A stretch of DNA of 45,556 nt from an uncultured Bdellovibrionales bacterium (GCA_964438025.1 CAYTIK010000001.1:1-45556), one strand, 5' to 3'; counted from the stretch's first letter, positions 8,978-19,359 are shown. The notes: a model not told the origin generated them from the letters alone. Translations and numbers: made by a program.

Positions 8978-9640
8978 TTACAGGCTCACAAATTCTACCG
9001 GTAAAACTTTGCGGAAAATTCCGGCAACCAAAATATTGTCCGATTCGTCCAGATATATAGGCTGATGGATCGAATTGGTCGAATTGGGGAAAAGTCCAAT
9101 AATTCCGTGCTTGAGTTTTTTATATTTTTTGATCGTCGCCATCCCATTAATGATTGCCACCACGATTTTATCATTAAAATCCTGGCTCGGTTCGCATTTT
9201 TCAAAAACCACATAGTCGCCGTCGTTAATCTCCTCTTTGTCCATGGAATCGCCTAAGGATTTGACCGCAAACAACCGCGCCGGATCGCTTTTGCGGAACA
9301 GGCTTTCGGAAATTTGCAGATAACCGTCCACATTGTTGTCATCGGCATAAGCTAAAGCTTCGCCGCAGGAAGCCAAACCATACATGGGAATGGTAAAAAT
9401 ATTCTTCAAATCGGAATAATTGTCATTTTCCACCAAAAATATTTTTTTATCTTTGTCTCTTTTTAAAATGTCTTTTTTCTCCAGCGCTTCCACTACTTGC
9501 ACCGTCCCCTTGAGGCTGCCCATTTTTACGCCCTCTTCCGTCAAATATTTATGAACCTTATAGGCGGTCGGGTTTTCTCCCCGCTTTTCAATAATTTCCC
9601 GGATGGTTCCTAAGATAGTGTTTTGTTTGGCTGTTAGCAT
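8978..9640 (-). CDS. LexA-like repressor (winged-HTH plus S24 autopeptidase)
   Basis: LTAKQ..IL..I N-terminus, IPMYGLASCG cleavage region (Cys-Gly), GDSM Ser, ATIKK Lys. Confidence 0.88.
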   Translation of the reverse strand: MLTAKQNTILGTIREIIEKRGENPTAYKVHKYLTEEGVKMGSLKGTVQVVEALEKKDILKRDKDKKIFLVENDNYSDLKNIFTIPMYGLASCGEALAYADDNNVDGYLQISESLFRKSDPARLFAVKSLGDSMDKEEINDGDYVVFEKCEPSQDFNDKIVVAIINGMATIKKYKKLKHGIIGLFPNSTNSIHQPIYLDESDNILVAGIFRKVLPVEFVSL

Positions 9641-9773
9641 ACCCAGTAGTAGAACTTCGACATCTTAGTAATCAACTAAGCAATCGAACTTCTTTTTAAA
9701 TTATTAATTAAATTTTTATTACCCAGTTTTTGAGTTCCTTCGGAACTCAGTCGAAGCTTCACTACTGGGCATG
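9638..9773. repeat. Composite palindromic element covering the start codon of the LexA-like gene
   Basis: Arms catacccagtagtagaacttcgac (9638-9661) / gtcgaagcttcactactgggcatg (9750-9773); internal hairpins at 9664-9680 and 9731-9749. Confidence 0.75.
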
Positions 9774-9794
9774 ATGATATAAATTAATGTTTAC

Positions 9795-9847
9795 AGTGAT
9801 ATTCTATCACTACGCTATACTCTGTCAATCATGCTGCCTGTGGATAA
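9795..9847 (-). promoter_or_regulatory. Sigma70 promoter with overlapping palindrome and upstream DnaA box
   Basis: Minus strand TTGACA-16-TAGAAT; AGTGATA-ttc-TATCACT at 9795-9811; TGTGGATAA at 9839-9847. Confidence 0.7.
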
Positions 9848-9869
9848 CTTTCAATCATGACAGTAAAAA

Positions 9870-9907
9870 AGCGCTCCGTTTTTTTGGCGGAGCGCTCCGT
9901 TTTTTTG
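9870..9907 (-). terminator. Terminator-like hairpin downstream of thrC with a 17-bp direct repeat
   Basis: agcgctccg...cggagcgct inverted pair; agcgctccgtttttttg occurs twice. Confidence 0.55.
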
Positions 9908-9921
9908 TGTAAAGACACCTG

Positions 9922-11298
9922 TTAATGTCTCAACAAATATTTTTTCAAAGCTGAGTAATCATTTTGCATGATAAGCGGTGAACCAGTTCTTTGATCTACG
10001 TTTTTCATGCTGAATGGCAGTTCTGGTTCAACTCCCAGCTCCTCCTTAATAACTTCTGGAAACTTGGCCGGATGAGCAGTTTCCAGAAAAACCTGAAAAT
10101 ACTTTCTAGCTTCCGGATATCTAGCTAGAAAAATTCCTAATCCTTCCCAGCCAACCGCACCGTGCGGTTCAAGAATAACACCATAGCACTTAGAGGCCCT
10201 TTTTATCGCTTGGCGAGTTTGCCAGTCGCTGATGCTAACTGCAAAGATTCCTTCTCGCATTAGATCCAGGCGGGGATATCTGTAAACTTTTCCATTTTTA
10301 TCGACCGTCCCTTGATACAGTTCAAACAGTCGAGCCAGATTGCTTGGATGTCCAACATTCATAGCATTAGACAAGCAAGCGCGAGAAGGGGAAATTTTTT
10401 TATACTCGCCCGCTTCCACAAATCGAGGAAATTCGTCATTTTCATTGGTCGCAATAATCAACTTCACTATGGGTAAGCCCATGCGTCGGGCATATTCACA
10501 GCCCAACATGTTGCCAAAATTCCCCGAAGGAACTGAAAAAAAGATCGGTTCTTTGCCATTTGCCAGTTTCGTATAGGCATAAAAATAGTAAATGATTTGC
10601 GGTAGAATTCGGCCAATATTAATAGAATTGGCCGAGGTCAGATTTAAGCCAGTCAAATCTGAATCAGAAAAAGCTTGCTTAACCAGATCCTGGCAATCGT
10701 CAAATTTGCCATCTTCGATAGCAATAGTTTGGACATTGCCACCAATAGTATCCAGCTGTTTTTTCTGTCGACCGCTCACTTCCGCTAAAGGATAAAGGAT
10801 CGTCACATCAATTCCTTCCACTCCTTTAAAAGCTTCGCCCACTGCGCTACCTGTATCGCCAGAAGTGGCAACCAGAACATGCAGGCGTTGGTTCTGATCT
10901 CGAAAATGGCTCATGAGTCGTGCCATAGCCCGAGCAGCAAAATCTTTAAAAGAAGCGGTTGGTCCCCGATCAAGGCGCATGACATATTGGCGATCAGTGA
11001 CATGTTCTATGGGTACAGAAAAATTATATGACGCCCTGGAAACTTCCAGAAGTTCCTCAAAACCAATTTCTTCTGGAGCAAAGAATTTTCTTAAGATCAT
11101 GTTTGCTATAACCCAATAGTCCACTCTCATCATCTGTTCAAGCTCCATGGTCGATACTTGCGGGATGAAATTTGGCATAAAAAGTCCGCCATCCGGCGCT
11201 TGACCCATAATCAACGCTTTTTGAAAAGACACTTCGCTAATAAATCCTCCCGACAAAAGACGATTGGTACTAAAATAGCCGATTACTTTTCTTCCCAT
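9922..11298 (-). CDS. thrC: Threonine synthase
   Basis: APDGGLFMP, GPTASFKDF (PLP Lys), ATSGDTG, SANSINIGR, VPSGNFGN, TAHPAKF. Confidence 0.95.
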   Translation of the reverse strand: MGRKVIGYFSTNRLLSGGFISEVSFQKALIMGQAPDGGLFMPNFIPQVSTMELEQMMRVDYWVIANMILRKFFAPEEIGFEELLEVSRASYNFSVPIEHVTDRQYVMRLDRGPTASFKDFAARAMARLMSHFRDQNQRLHVLVATSGDTGSAVGEAFKGVEGIDVTILYPLAEVSGRQKKQLDTIGGNVQTIAIEDGKFDDCQDLVKQAFSDSDLTGLNLTSANSINIGRILPQIIYYFYAYTKLANGKEPIFFSVPSGNFGNMLGCEYARRMGLPIVKLIIATNENDEFPRFVEAGEYKKISPSRACLSNAMNVGHPSNLARLFELYQGTVDKNGKVYRYPRLDLMREGIFAVSISDWQTRQAIKRASKCYGVILEPHGAVGWEGLGIFLARYPEARKYFQVFLETAHPAKFPEVIKEELGVEPELPFSMKNVDQRTGSPLIMQNDYSALKKYLLRH

Positions 11299-11459
11299 AA
11301 AACACCTCCCTTTCGTTTTTACAGTTAGATTAAACTGAATTATTTTAGGAACTATCCATAAACAACAATAATATAGAATAACATCCGCCTGCTTTTTGTC
11401 AATATCAAAGATTGAACAAAAAACAATCCCGATTACTCGAGATTGTTTTAAAAAAACTT

Positions 11460-11488
11460 GTTATATGCTCTATGTTTTATGCTCTATG
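11460..11488. repeat. Heptamer tandem array next to the ftsZ stop
   Basis: gttatat gctctat gttttat gctctat. Confidence 0.6.
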
Positions 11489-11490
11489 AT

Positions 11491-12690
11491 TTACTTCCCC
11501 ATCTTCCTCCGAATAAACGCCGGTATTTCCAACTCATCGTCTTCTTCCAAATTCTTTTCTTCCCGGACAAAGGCGGTAGTTCTAGACGGAACTTTTTCTT
11601 CCACAATCATCTTGGTCTCGACTTTTTTCGCTGGAAAAGTTATTCTGGGATTTTCTTTTCTTTCTTCATCTTTTTTGTGGAAATCTTCCCGCGTCAGGCG
11701 CGACAATTTTTCAATCGGCGTTTCTCGGACTTTTTCCGCATCAAAACCAGTAGCAACTACCGTGATTTGGATCTCGCCTTTCCGGATGGAATCATCAATT
11801 ACGGCTCCAAAAATAACTTTGGCGTTCGGATCAATGGACTCGGTAATAATATTGGCGGCTTCGTTGATTTCCAGCATCGTCAGGTCGCTGCAACCGCTGA
11901 CATTAAAAAGCACGCCTTTGGCTCCGTCAATGGATAATTCCAAAAGTGGGCTGTTGATGGCCGCCCGGGCCGCTTCGGCCGCGCGATTTTCTCCCGAACC
12001 TAGACCGATACCCATCAAAGCGGAACCGCTATTGGCCATAATAGCTTTCACGTCGGCAAAATCCACATTGACGATCCCCGGCTTGGTGATCAAATCGGAA
12101 ATGCCCTGGACGCCTTGGCGCAAAACATCATCCACAATCTTGAAGGAATTAATGAGCGTAGTTTTTTTATCGATAATTTGTAAAAGTTTGTCGTTAGGAA
12201 TCGTAATTAAAGTGTCCACTCTTTCTTTTAAATTCTCCAAGCCTTCATCGGCGATGGCCCTCCGCTGCGCGCCTTCAAAAGCAAACGGCTTGGTCACGAC
12301 CGCGACTGTCAGGGCGCCCAATTCCTTGGCAGTTTCCGCCACGATCGGTGCAGCGCCGGTACCCGTGCCTCCGCCTAATCCGCAAGTGACAAAAACCATA
12401 TCCGCCCCTTTCAAAACTTCCTGGATCTCCTCCCGATTTTCTTCAGCCGCCTGGCGCCCGATATCCGGATTCATGCCCGCACCCAACCCTTTGGTCAGGT
12501 TCTTACCGATATGCACTTTTTCTTGCGCCCGGTTCTGGTGCAAATCTTGCGCGTCAGTATTAATGGCGACAAATTCGACGCCTTTCAACTTTGTCTCGAT
12601 CATCCGGCTGATGCCGTGGCCTCCTGAACCGCCGACCCCGACGACTTTAATCCTTGCAAAAGTTTCTACGGGGGGTTTTATTTCTGCCAT
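11491..12690 (-). CDS. ftsZ: Cell division protein FtsZ
   Basis: GVGGSG, GGGTGTG, NVDFAD, C-terminal LEIPAFIRR. Confidence 0.99.
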   Translation of the reverse strand: MAEIKPPVETFARIKVVGVGGSGGHGISRMIETKLKGVEFVAINTDAQDLHQNRAQEKVHIGKNLTKGLGAGMNPDIGRQAAEENREEIQEVLKGADMVFVTCGLGGGTGTGAAPIVAETAKELGALTVAVVTKPFAFEGAQRRAIADEGLENLKERVDTLITIPNDKLLQIIDKKTTLINSFKIVDDVLRQGVQGISDLITKPGIVNVDFADVKAIMANSGSALMGIGLGSGENRAAEAARAAINSPLLELSIDGAKGVLFNVSGCSDLTMLEINEAANIITESIDPNAKVIFGAVIDDSIRKGEIQITVVATGFDAEKVRETPIEKLSRLTREDFHKKDEERKENPRITFPAKKVETKMIVEEKVPSRTTAFVREEKNLEEDDELEIPAFIRRKMGK

Positions 12691-12826
12691 ATTTTTTGTG
12701 ATAATCTGATTTTTTTCAGATTAATAAAGTATAAAATTTAAGATAAACCGTCCCAAAATCCTCCTTCCCAAACTTTTTTCTTTAGTAAATAAACTTAGCA
12801 CATCTTATTGCAATGTGTCAAATTTA

Positions 12827-12925
12827 TCTCGCACCTTCAAAAATCCCGTAATTTACTTCCCAAAAAACAACTGCTGGGGATAAGTTATTCCTGCAAAATT
12901 CAGCATTTTGCAAAAAGGTGCGGGA
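12827..12925. repeat. Second MITE/REP-like element between ftsA and ftsZ
   Basis: Ends tctcgcacctt / aaggtgcggga share CTCGCAC with the 5432 element; TTTA on both flanks. Confidence 0.5.
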
Positions 12926-12974
12926 TTTATTTTTGTTTTTATTTCTGTTTGATTTTTATCTTAAAATGCCTTCC

Positions 12975-14234
12975 TTAAGGCAAAAATTTGCCCAGCCAGT
13001 CTTTCAGGCTTTTTACTGAACTGCCGATGCCGGTGGAGATGTTGTTCGCCAGCCGGTTGCCGGCGCCTGTCCCTCTATTCATCGTCGAATTTTCCAAACC
13101 CCAAAGGATTAAACCAGCCACAGTGGCAAAAGCCGGATCGTCAATCTTGTCCACTAGTCCGCCCATGGGCAGCGGAAAACCGGTCTGTGCCGGCAGCGCC
13201 AAAATATTTTTCGCCAAATCGACCGATCCGGAAATTTTTGCCGTGCCGCCGGTCAAAATGATGCCGGCCGGCAGCAATTTATCGCGTCCGATTATTTTCA
13301 ATTCCTTATTGACCATGGAGAATATTTCTTCCAGCCGCGCTTCAATTATTTCCGCCACGTGATGGCGGGAAACCAAACCTTCTTCATTGGTATCGATTTC
13401 CGCCAGATTGACATCTTCTTTTTTGCTGACTTCGCCCGGCAGCGCGCTGCCATATTCCAACTTCACTCTTTCTGCCACTTCAATGGAAGTTCGCAGGCCA
13501 ATCGCGATATCGTTGGTAATATTATTACCGCCGATTGGCAAGATCGCCGTGTGCAGCAAGTCATTTTCTTCAAAAACCGCGACCGAAGTCGTGCCGCCGC
13601 CAATGTCGATCAAAATCACTCCCAATTCTTTCTGCCTCTTGGAAAGGATAGCCTTAGCCGCCGCGAGTGGGGCGAGCACAAAATCATCCATTTCAATATC
13701 GGCTTGTTCGAAACATTTGGCTAAATTGCGGATATAGGGCGTCGTGCCTTCAATAATCAACGTATCGGATTCCAGACGCACACCGTTCATGCCGAGCGGA
13801 TCTTTAATATTTTTTTGGTCGTCCAGAGAATAATTGCGGGCAATCACGTGGATGATTTCTTTGTTGGGCGGGACCGAAATCGCTTGGGCCGCGTTGATGA
13901 CCCGGGCCACATCATCTTCGGTCACTTCCCCGTCGGCCCGGCCGATGGCCACCACGCCTTTGGAATTCTGTGAAGTGATCTGGCTGCCGCCGAGGCTGAC
14001 AATCGCGTGGTCTATTTTCAACCCGCAATTCATTTCCGCTTTTTCCTTGGATTCCCGGACGGAATTCAGCGCTTCTTCCAGATCGACGATTATGCCTTTA
14101 CGGATGCCGGCTGATTCGGCGATGCCCACGCCAATAATCCGAGGCATCTCTTCCTCGGGAAAAATTTGAGCCACGACCGTCCGGACATTGGACGATCCGA
14201 CATCCACACCAACAATAATGTCGTTTCGCGACAT
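12975..14234 (-). CDS. ftsA: Cell division protein FtsA
   Basis: GVDVGSS, LIDIGGGTT, IGGNNITNDIA, AERVKLEYG, LTGGTA, amphipathic C-terminus. Confidence 0.98.
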   Translation of the reverse strand: MSRNDIIVGVDVGSSNVRTVVAQIFPEEEMPRIIGVGIAESAGIRKGIIVDLEEALNSVRESKEKAEMNCGLKIDHAIVSLGGSQITSQNSKGVVAIGRADGEVTEDDVARVINAAQAISVPPNKEIIHVIARNYSLDDQKNIKDPLGMNGVRLESDTLIIEGTTPYIRNLAKCFEQADIEMDDFVLAPLAAAKAILSKRQKELGVILIDIGGGTTSVAVFEENDLLHTAILPIGGNNITNDIAIGLRTSIEVAERVKLEYGSALPGEVSKKEDVNLAEIDTNEEGLVSRHHVAEIIEARLEEIFSMVNKELKIIGRDKLLPAGIILTGGTAKISGSVDLAKNILALPAQTGFPLPMGGLVDKIDDPAFATVAGLILWGLENSTMNRGTGAGNRLANNISTGIGSSVKSLKDWLGKFLP

Positions 14235-14300
14235 GGGTGAAAATTATTATTTTTTATTTAAATTTTAACTCTTTTATCATACAGCAAAAAAAGGCAAAAA

Positions 14301-14666
14301 TCAAAAAGCGGCTTTTAAATGGGGATAAAAAATGATGACGCCGATCACAATCGCCAAAATCGAAGTTACGAGCACGGCCGCCGCCATCAGGTCCTTGATC
14401 AGCTTGGCATACGGATGGACGCTGGGCTTGAGCATATCCACCACCCTTTCCATGACGGTATTCAGGAGTTCCATGATCAAGGTCACCATGATGACCAGAA
14501 AGAGCAGCACGGTTTCCCATTTGGCCAGATTGAAATAAACCATGGCAATCACCACCAAAATAGCCGTGACTAACTCGTTTTGGAAATTTTTTTCATGCCG
14601 GATGACATAGCCCAAACCGCGCATGGCATATTGCAGGCTTTTGGTAAATTGTTCTAAGCGTTCCAT
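14301..14666 (-). CDS. dgkA: Prokaryotic diacylglycerol/undecaprenol kinase family protein
   Basis: EKNF, ELLNTVMERVVD, AKLIKDLMAAAV; follows ybeY. Confidence 0.9.
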   Translation of the reverse strand: MERLEQFTKSLQYAMRGLGYVIRHEKNFQNELVTAILVVIAMVYFNLAKWETVLLFLVIMVTLIMELLNTVMERVVDMLKPSVHPYAKLIKDLMAAAVLVTSILAIVIGVIIFYPHLKAAF

Positions 14667-15106
14667 TTAAATTTAGTTAATAATTTACTTTGCAGCGCGA
14701 ACATTTTCAGACCATGTTTAAAACCTAAAAGATGTAAAATTCCGTGCAAAAAAACTTTAACCAGTTCAGTTTGGGTTTTTAAGCCGTTTTTTGAGGCATA
14801 AGCCTTAATATCATCATAGCATAAAATTATCTCGCCTAAAAACACCTCTTTTTCTCGGCTTTTCTTTATTTCCTCAAAATTTTTAAATTCCGCGAAAGAC
14901 AAAACATCCGTCACCGCGTCCTTTTTCCGCCAAATCCGGTTAATTCTTCTTATTTCCGCCCGAGAAACTAGGGCCAAGCTTAAAGTAAATTTTTTGGCCG
15001 GCAAAGCCAAGATTTTATCGGAAAATATTATTTTCCAGACCGCCGCAAAAAAAGCCTTCCTGACCGGACTCTTAGCTTGGTTATTAATTTCGAGATTAAG
15101 TTGCAT
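14654..15106 (-). CDS. ybeY: rRNA maturation RNase YbeY
   Basis: TDVLSF, LGEIIL, HGILHLLGFKH. Confidence 0.93.
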   Translation of the reverse strand: MQLNLEINNQAKSPVRKAFFAAVWKIIFSDKILALPAKKFTLSLALVSRAEIRRINRIWRKKDAVTDVLSFAEFKNFEEIKKSREKEVFLGEIILCYDDIKAYASKNGLKTQTELVKVFLHGILHLLGFKHGLKMFALQSKLLTKFKWNA

Positions 15107-15150
15107 AAAACAGGCATTCTTTAGCTCATTTCTATTATACCACTAAAACA

Positions 15151-15190
15151 AAAACAGTCCCTCCGCCGGCTGGCGGATTGGGACTGTTTT
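15151..15190. terminator. Terminator hairpin carrying a TCCGCC-N4-GGCGGA palindrome in its loop
   Basis: aaaacagtccc [tccgccggctggcgga] tt gggactgtttt. Confidence 0.65.
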
Positions 15191-15209
15191 TTATAAATTC
15201 AGTAATAAT

Positions 15210-15707
15210 TTAATATGCTCCGTAGCCAGCTGGTTTCAAAAGAACATCCCAAATATGTTCGTTCCCGACTGTCCCCTGACTCATAAGCATAGAGAATGGC
15301 CCCCACAAACAATATGGAGTTCCTTTCACGGCTTGCGTTGATGGCTTCCCATCTTTTGCACATCCCGCATCCCAAGCAATTTTATAATGCCAAATTTCTC
15401 CGGAACCACCTTTTACTTTTCCGTTCCATTCATTATTTTCCCAAGCGGCATAAGGCGGATTGGACCAGCCTTCGGCATTGCCCCTGTCCCATTCGGCATT
15501 CCATTTCATGACCAATTTATCCTTGGCATAAATTCCAAGATAATTAGCAGGCAAACCTTTCGCCAGAGACCAGCTTTCACCTGTACCATTAAAAATTCTG
15601 GCATCATAATTATAGCCGAATTCATTAAAACCACCGGCAGCAAATGCTACGCTAACCAATGCGAAAGAGAAAACAAAAATTCCCAATATAATCGCGTATT
15701 TTTTCAT
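15210..15707 (-). CDS. Secreted Trp/Asn/Gly-rich hypothetical protein
   Basis: Signal peptide ending AFA; SD GGGAGG. Confidence 0.8.
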   Translation of the reverse strand: MKKYAIILGIFVFSFALVSVAFAAGGFNEFGYNYDARIFNGTGESWSLAKGLPANYLGIYAKDKLVMKWNAEWDRGNAEGWSNPPYAAWENNEWNGKVKGGSGEIWHYKIAWDAGCAKDGKPSTQAVKGTPYCLWGPFSMLMSQGTVGNEHIWDVLLKPAGYGAY

Positions 15708-15847
15708 AATTCCACCTCCCTTCTTTGTTTAGTTTTTAAAATTTTCTGATTTATCTGACACCTTTATTATATAACACGAAAAAGAAAAAAGAAAACGGCA
15801 AGCTCGATGAGACAAAGCCTGCCGTCTGGCACAAAATAATCCGACCT

Positions 15848-16195
15848 TTACCGGCAAATGGATACTCTCTGGGGAGCCGTTCCGAGGTATTCTCCCCATT
15901 GATTATAGACCGGGACATAGCGGATATCCTCCCAGCATTGTGGATAGACAATAACAGGAGTCCAAATTGCCCCCGTAACCACGCCGCCGAATATTAGCCC
16001 GCCCCAGGGAAAACCGCCGTGATGACCGCCGCCGCGATAATGGCCACCCGTATGGCCGCCATAATGGCTACCGCTGTGATAACCTCCGCCGCCGCCGCGA
16101 TGGCCGCCAGCCGAAGCTACGCTGGAAAAAAAGCAGATCAGGAACACAGCCAGCACCACCGCCAAAACCACTATTACTACTTTCTTCATGGTCAT
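15848..16195 (-). CDS. Secreted Gly/His-rich hypothetical protein
   Basis: Signal peptide, GGH(Y) repeats, SD AGGAGG, hairpin terminator at about 15794-15824. Confidence 0.75.
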   Translation of the reverse strand: MTMKKVVIVVLAVVLAVFLICFFSSVASAGGHRGGGGGYHSGSHYGGHTGGHYRGGGHHGGFPWGGLIFGGVVTGAIWTPVIVYPQCWEDIRYVPVYNQWGEYLGTAPQRVSICR

Positions 16196-16427
16196 TCCCT
16201 CCTTTCTGGGAAAAAAGTTTGCCTTTCAAAGGACTCCGGCCTTATTTTGTAGTACCCTATTCTAATATAAAACCTCTGAAAAATCAACTGCCTAAAAAAT
16301 TTAATAAGAATAGTTCTTGATTTTTCTCTTGACTTTTTTGGAAAAATGCGCTATAAAAGTAAGTTAACAAAGCGGCTTTTTTTATTAAGAAATATACCCC
16401 CTAATTCAATTACTCAAGGAGGAAGCG

Positions 16428-16838
16428 ATGAAAAAAGGACTGGTTTTTTGTTTAATCATAGTCGCGGTGTTAGGCTCTTTCCCAACCAATCTATCGGCTC
16501 AGGATAAGTTTCGGCTCGAAAATTTATCCAAAAGTCTGGCTTATTTATCCCGAGTTCGAATCCTTGCTAACGTAGCAAGCCAATGTTGTGAACAGCAAAA
16601 ATATTTAACCGCTGTCGATTATCTTAATCAAGCTTCCAAGCTGACTGAGGCCGCCGAATCGTCCCTAGCCATAGAAATTATGTCCCCTTACAAAAGGGCG
16701 GCTACTCAAGAGGATATCAAAAGCTTAAAGAACATGATCGACGATATGAAAAAAAATACCGCCAAGATGATCCTGCTGGAGCGGCTAATAGAAAATCTGG
16801 AGAAAAAAAACAAAAAAGTTCCAGATAAATCTCTTTGA
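16428..16838 (+). CDS. Secreted helical hypothetical protein
   Basis: Promoter TTGACT-17-TATAAA from 16329, SD AAGGAGG, signal peptide. Confidence 0.75.
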   Translation: MKKGLVFCLIIVAVLGSFPTNLSAQDKFRLENLSKSLAYLSRVRILANVASQCCEQQKYLTAVDYLNQASKLTEAAESSLAIEIMSPYKRAATQEDIKSLKNMIDDMKKNTAKMILLERLIENLEKKNKKVPDKSL

Positions 16839-16883
16839 CCTTGAAATTGTTTACCCAAGATATGCTTGAGAAAGGAGTTTAAA

Positions 16884-17159
16884 ATGAACATTGCAATTTG
16901 GGCCAGATTAATGACAAAAATGTTTAGAGACGGAGAGGTAATTATCGAGACTATAAGTCCCGATGGAAAGTATCCCGAAGCCAATGAAAAAGCAATCGGC
17001 GTAAGCAAGGCCTTTCACCCAATCGGTTCAAGCATCAACGTTGAGCTTGTAGGCGACCCTTGCCAATATGGTTTCATCCCCGAAGCCATAGGCGAAGGTT
17101 TAATCAAGGGAAAAACTTCCAGTCCTCTGGGGCTAGAGAGGAACATTCGATTGGCCTAG
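16884..17159 (+). CDS. Hypothetical protein
   Basis: ATG at 16884 behind AAGGAG; terminator follows. Confidence 0.65.
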   Translation: MNIAIWARLMTKMFRDGEVIIETISPDGKYPEANEKAIGVSKAFHPIGSSINVELVGDPCQYGFIPEAIGEGLIKGKTSSPLGLERNIRLA

Positions 17160-17186
17160 GCATCGCCATGCCAGGCCAAAAACCAA

Positions 17187-17226
17187 AAAGGCGTCCGCTG
17201 CACAGCGCGACGCCTTTGTTTTTTTT
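17187..17226. terminator. Bidirectional intrinsic terminator
   Basis: aaaggcgtc...gacgccttt plus T tract between convergent genes. Confidence 0.7.
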
Positions 17227-17246
17227 CTTGAAATTTAAAATTAAAT

Positions 17247-17987
17247 TTATTCTTTGACCGCTTTGACTTTCAGGCTTTCAATCGGCATGCCTTGATATTG
17301 TTTCTTGCTGATATCCGTGTTTTCCGAGAAAATTTCTACGTTAAAACCCGCCACTTTCATTTTGGCGATATAAATATCTTTCATAAGCGCGCCCGCCACG
17401 CAGCCAGATAACAAATCTTTATTATTCTTAATTTCTTCTGGCAATTCTTTCAATAATACGATATCGGAAACAAACATTTTCCCGCCAGTTTTCAAAACTC
17501 GGTAGGCTTCCGCAAAAACCTGATCCTTGTCTGGCGACAAATTAATCACGCAATTGCTGATAATAATATCCACGGATTCATCTTCGACTGGCAATTTTTC
17601 AATCTCGCCTAATTTAAATTCTACATTTTTGTAATTGTATTTTTCGGCATTGGCTTTGGCTTTTTCCACCATTTCCGGCACCATATCCACGCCGATGACT
17701 TTTCCTTGTTCGCCGACTTTTCGCATCGCTAAAAAACAATCGAAACCGGCGCCAGAACCTAAGTCCAAAACCGTATCGCCTGATCGCATTTCCGCCATCG
17801 CGACTGGATTGCCGCAACCCAAGCCCAAATTAGCTTCCGAAAATTTTCCAATATCTTCTTTGGAATAACCAATCTCCTGGGCAATTCTTTCCTGCTCCGC
17901 TTTAGCGCCACAGCAAGAACAGCCACTGCCTTTAGCAATTTGCGTATAACTTTCTTTGACAATCTTTTTCACTGCATCTTGTTGCAT
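17247..17987 (-). CDS. arsM: Arsenite S-adenosylmethionine methyltransferase
   Basis: [35 protein letters not shown]. Confidence 0.9.
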   Translation of the reverse strand: MQQDAVKKIVKESYTQIAKGSGCSCCGAKAEQERIAQEIGYSKEDIGKFSEANLGLGCGNPVAMAEMRSGDTVLDLGSGAGFDCFLAMRKVGEQGKVIGVDMVPEMVEKAKANAEKYNYKNVEFKLGEIEKLPVEDESVDIIISNCVINLSPDKDQVFAEAYRVLKTGGKMFVSDIVLLKELPEEIKNNKDLLSGCVAGALMKDIYIAKMKVAGFNVEIFSENTDISKKQYQGMPIESLKVKAVKE

Positions 17988-18013
17988 AATAATATTTTTA
18001 AAATTTATAACCG

Positions 18014-18910
18014 CTACTTGAAATTTTGCATCTCATCTTTGGTGGGTATTTTCAGCTCAAATTTATTGCTCCCAACCGTATATAGCACTTGCTTGCCAAA
18101 TTTCGAACCTGCGATTCCCAACACTTCGTCAATCGTGGAATGGTGCCATTTTTCACTGCCGGATTCCGTGGCAATACGGAAAATTATCTCTTGCCCATAT
18201 TTTAAACCCACTGCAGACAGCGGAAAAGCGCTGATGATATAATCCGTGCCTGAGCCTCCGCCCACCATGCCAATCTGCGTCAATGGCACTGCATTTCTCA
18301 AAGCTTGGGACTCCACAGTTTCATCTATAAAAGCATAATGGGAAATTTTTGCTCGGCAGGCATGAGAGGTGCATTTCCAACTAACTCCATTGATTAAGGA
18401 AGTGCTGTATTTTTCTCTTCCGGCCGAATATAAGTCTTCTACTTTCAAAACAAACCCGTCGATATTATCACCATCAACGGCCGGCTGATTTTCCGGAATG
18501 ACGCCATACATCTGATGTTTAATATAGAGATATTCCTGATCGGCTCCCATCTGGAAGATTTTATAATCCAGATACGGTAAAGCATACGGCTCGGGATTAT
18601 TGTAGTTTTCTTTGGGATTCTCTTCTTTCTCGGCAAAAAAATCGTTCTGTTCATCTTCAATTTTTATGCCCTTCGCCAGCGCCGCTTCGGATTTTTCCAA
18701 TTCGCTTTGAGTAAACTGTCTCGCGTCATCAGCTAGCGCCAATAAATTTTGCTTTTGCGCTTGTTCTTGCTCGTTCGCTTTCTCTTGGAGAATCTTAGCC
18801 TTCTCGGCCATTCTTGCCGCTTGATTATTATCCTGCCTTGTTTTTGAAAATATAAAAACAGCCGACAGAATCAAGATTATACAGATTATAAAAATGTATA
18901 TTTTTTTCAT
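18014..18910 (-). CDS. Membrane-anchored/secreted hypothetical protein
   Basis: N-terminal TM, Gln/Glu-rich helix, unrecognised C-terminal domain. Confidence 0.75.
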   Translation of the reverse strand: MKKIYIFIICIILILSAVFIFSKTRQDNNQAARMAEKAKILQEKANEQEQAQKQNLLALADDARQFTQSELEKSEAALAKGIKIEDEQNDFFAEKEENPKENYNNPEPYALPYLDYKIFQMGADQEYLYIKHQMYGVIPENQPAVDGDNIDGFVLKVEDLYSAGREKYSTSLINGVSWKCTSHACRAKISHYAFIDETVESQALRNAVPLTQIGMVGGGSGTDYIISAFPLSAVGLKYGQEIIFRIATESGSEKWHHSTIDEVLGIAGSKFGKQVLYTVGSNKFELKIPTKDEMQNFK

Positions 18911-19242
18911 AATATTTTTTAAGATTTTGATTTTAACACCATTTCTTCGTATTCTTCCTACAAAACTATCCTGGTATACTCCCCTCCAAAGGCGGACAGG
19001 CAGTATTTAAGGATGGTTTAGTGGTGAATGCTTATAAAGTTTTTCGAGATAATTATACAAGGTAAATAATTAATTACTTACATACTAATTATACCACTAT
19101 TTTAAAACCCGGCATTGAGCCGGGTTTCTGGGTAAAGCTAGCAAAATATATCGCGCATAATCTTTGGCACAACCTCTCAGATATCAGATTTGGCCATTCT
19201 CGAGGTGAGTTATTTGCTTGGTACTAAATACTAGCGAGACCT

Positions 19243-19356
19243 TTATTTTTTCTTTTTTTTCTTGTCTGTTTCGGCAACAGTTGTTGACTTATGCTCTTTG
19301 GCATATTTTTCTGAAACATACTGCCCATCCTTGGCATCCCGATATTTTTTAGTCAC
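19243..19356 (-). CDS. Small basic peptide (37 aa) downstream of ImmA-like gene
   Basis: Not in ORF track. AGGAGG SD then GTG; MTKKYRDAKDGQYVSEKYAKEHKSTTVAETDKKKKKK. Confidence 0.75.
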   Translation of the reverse strand: MTKKYRDAKDGQYVSEKYAKEHKSTTVAETDKKKKKK

Positions 19357-19359
19357 TTT

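Noticed and set aside
11396-12709. 437-aa plus-strand ORF opposite ftsZ
   Set aside because: Antisense shadow of a conserved gene; no recognisable motifs or SD. The same applies to shadows over nrdD, ftsA, dprA, rel and parA.
16200-16250. Resemblance to c-di-GMP-I riboswitch fragments
   Set aside because: GGCAAA and CTCCGGCCT pieces lie on opposite strands and do not form the two-stem aptamer.
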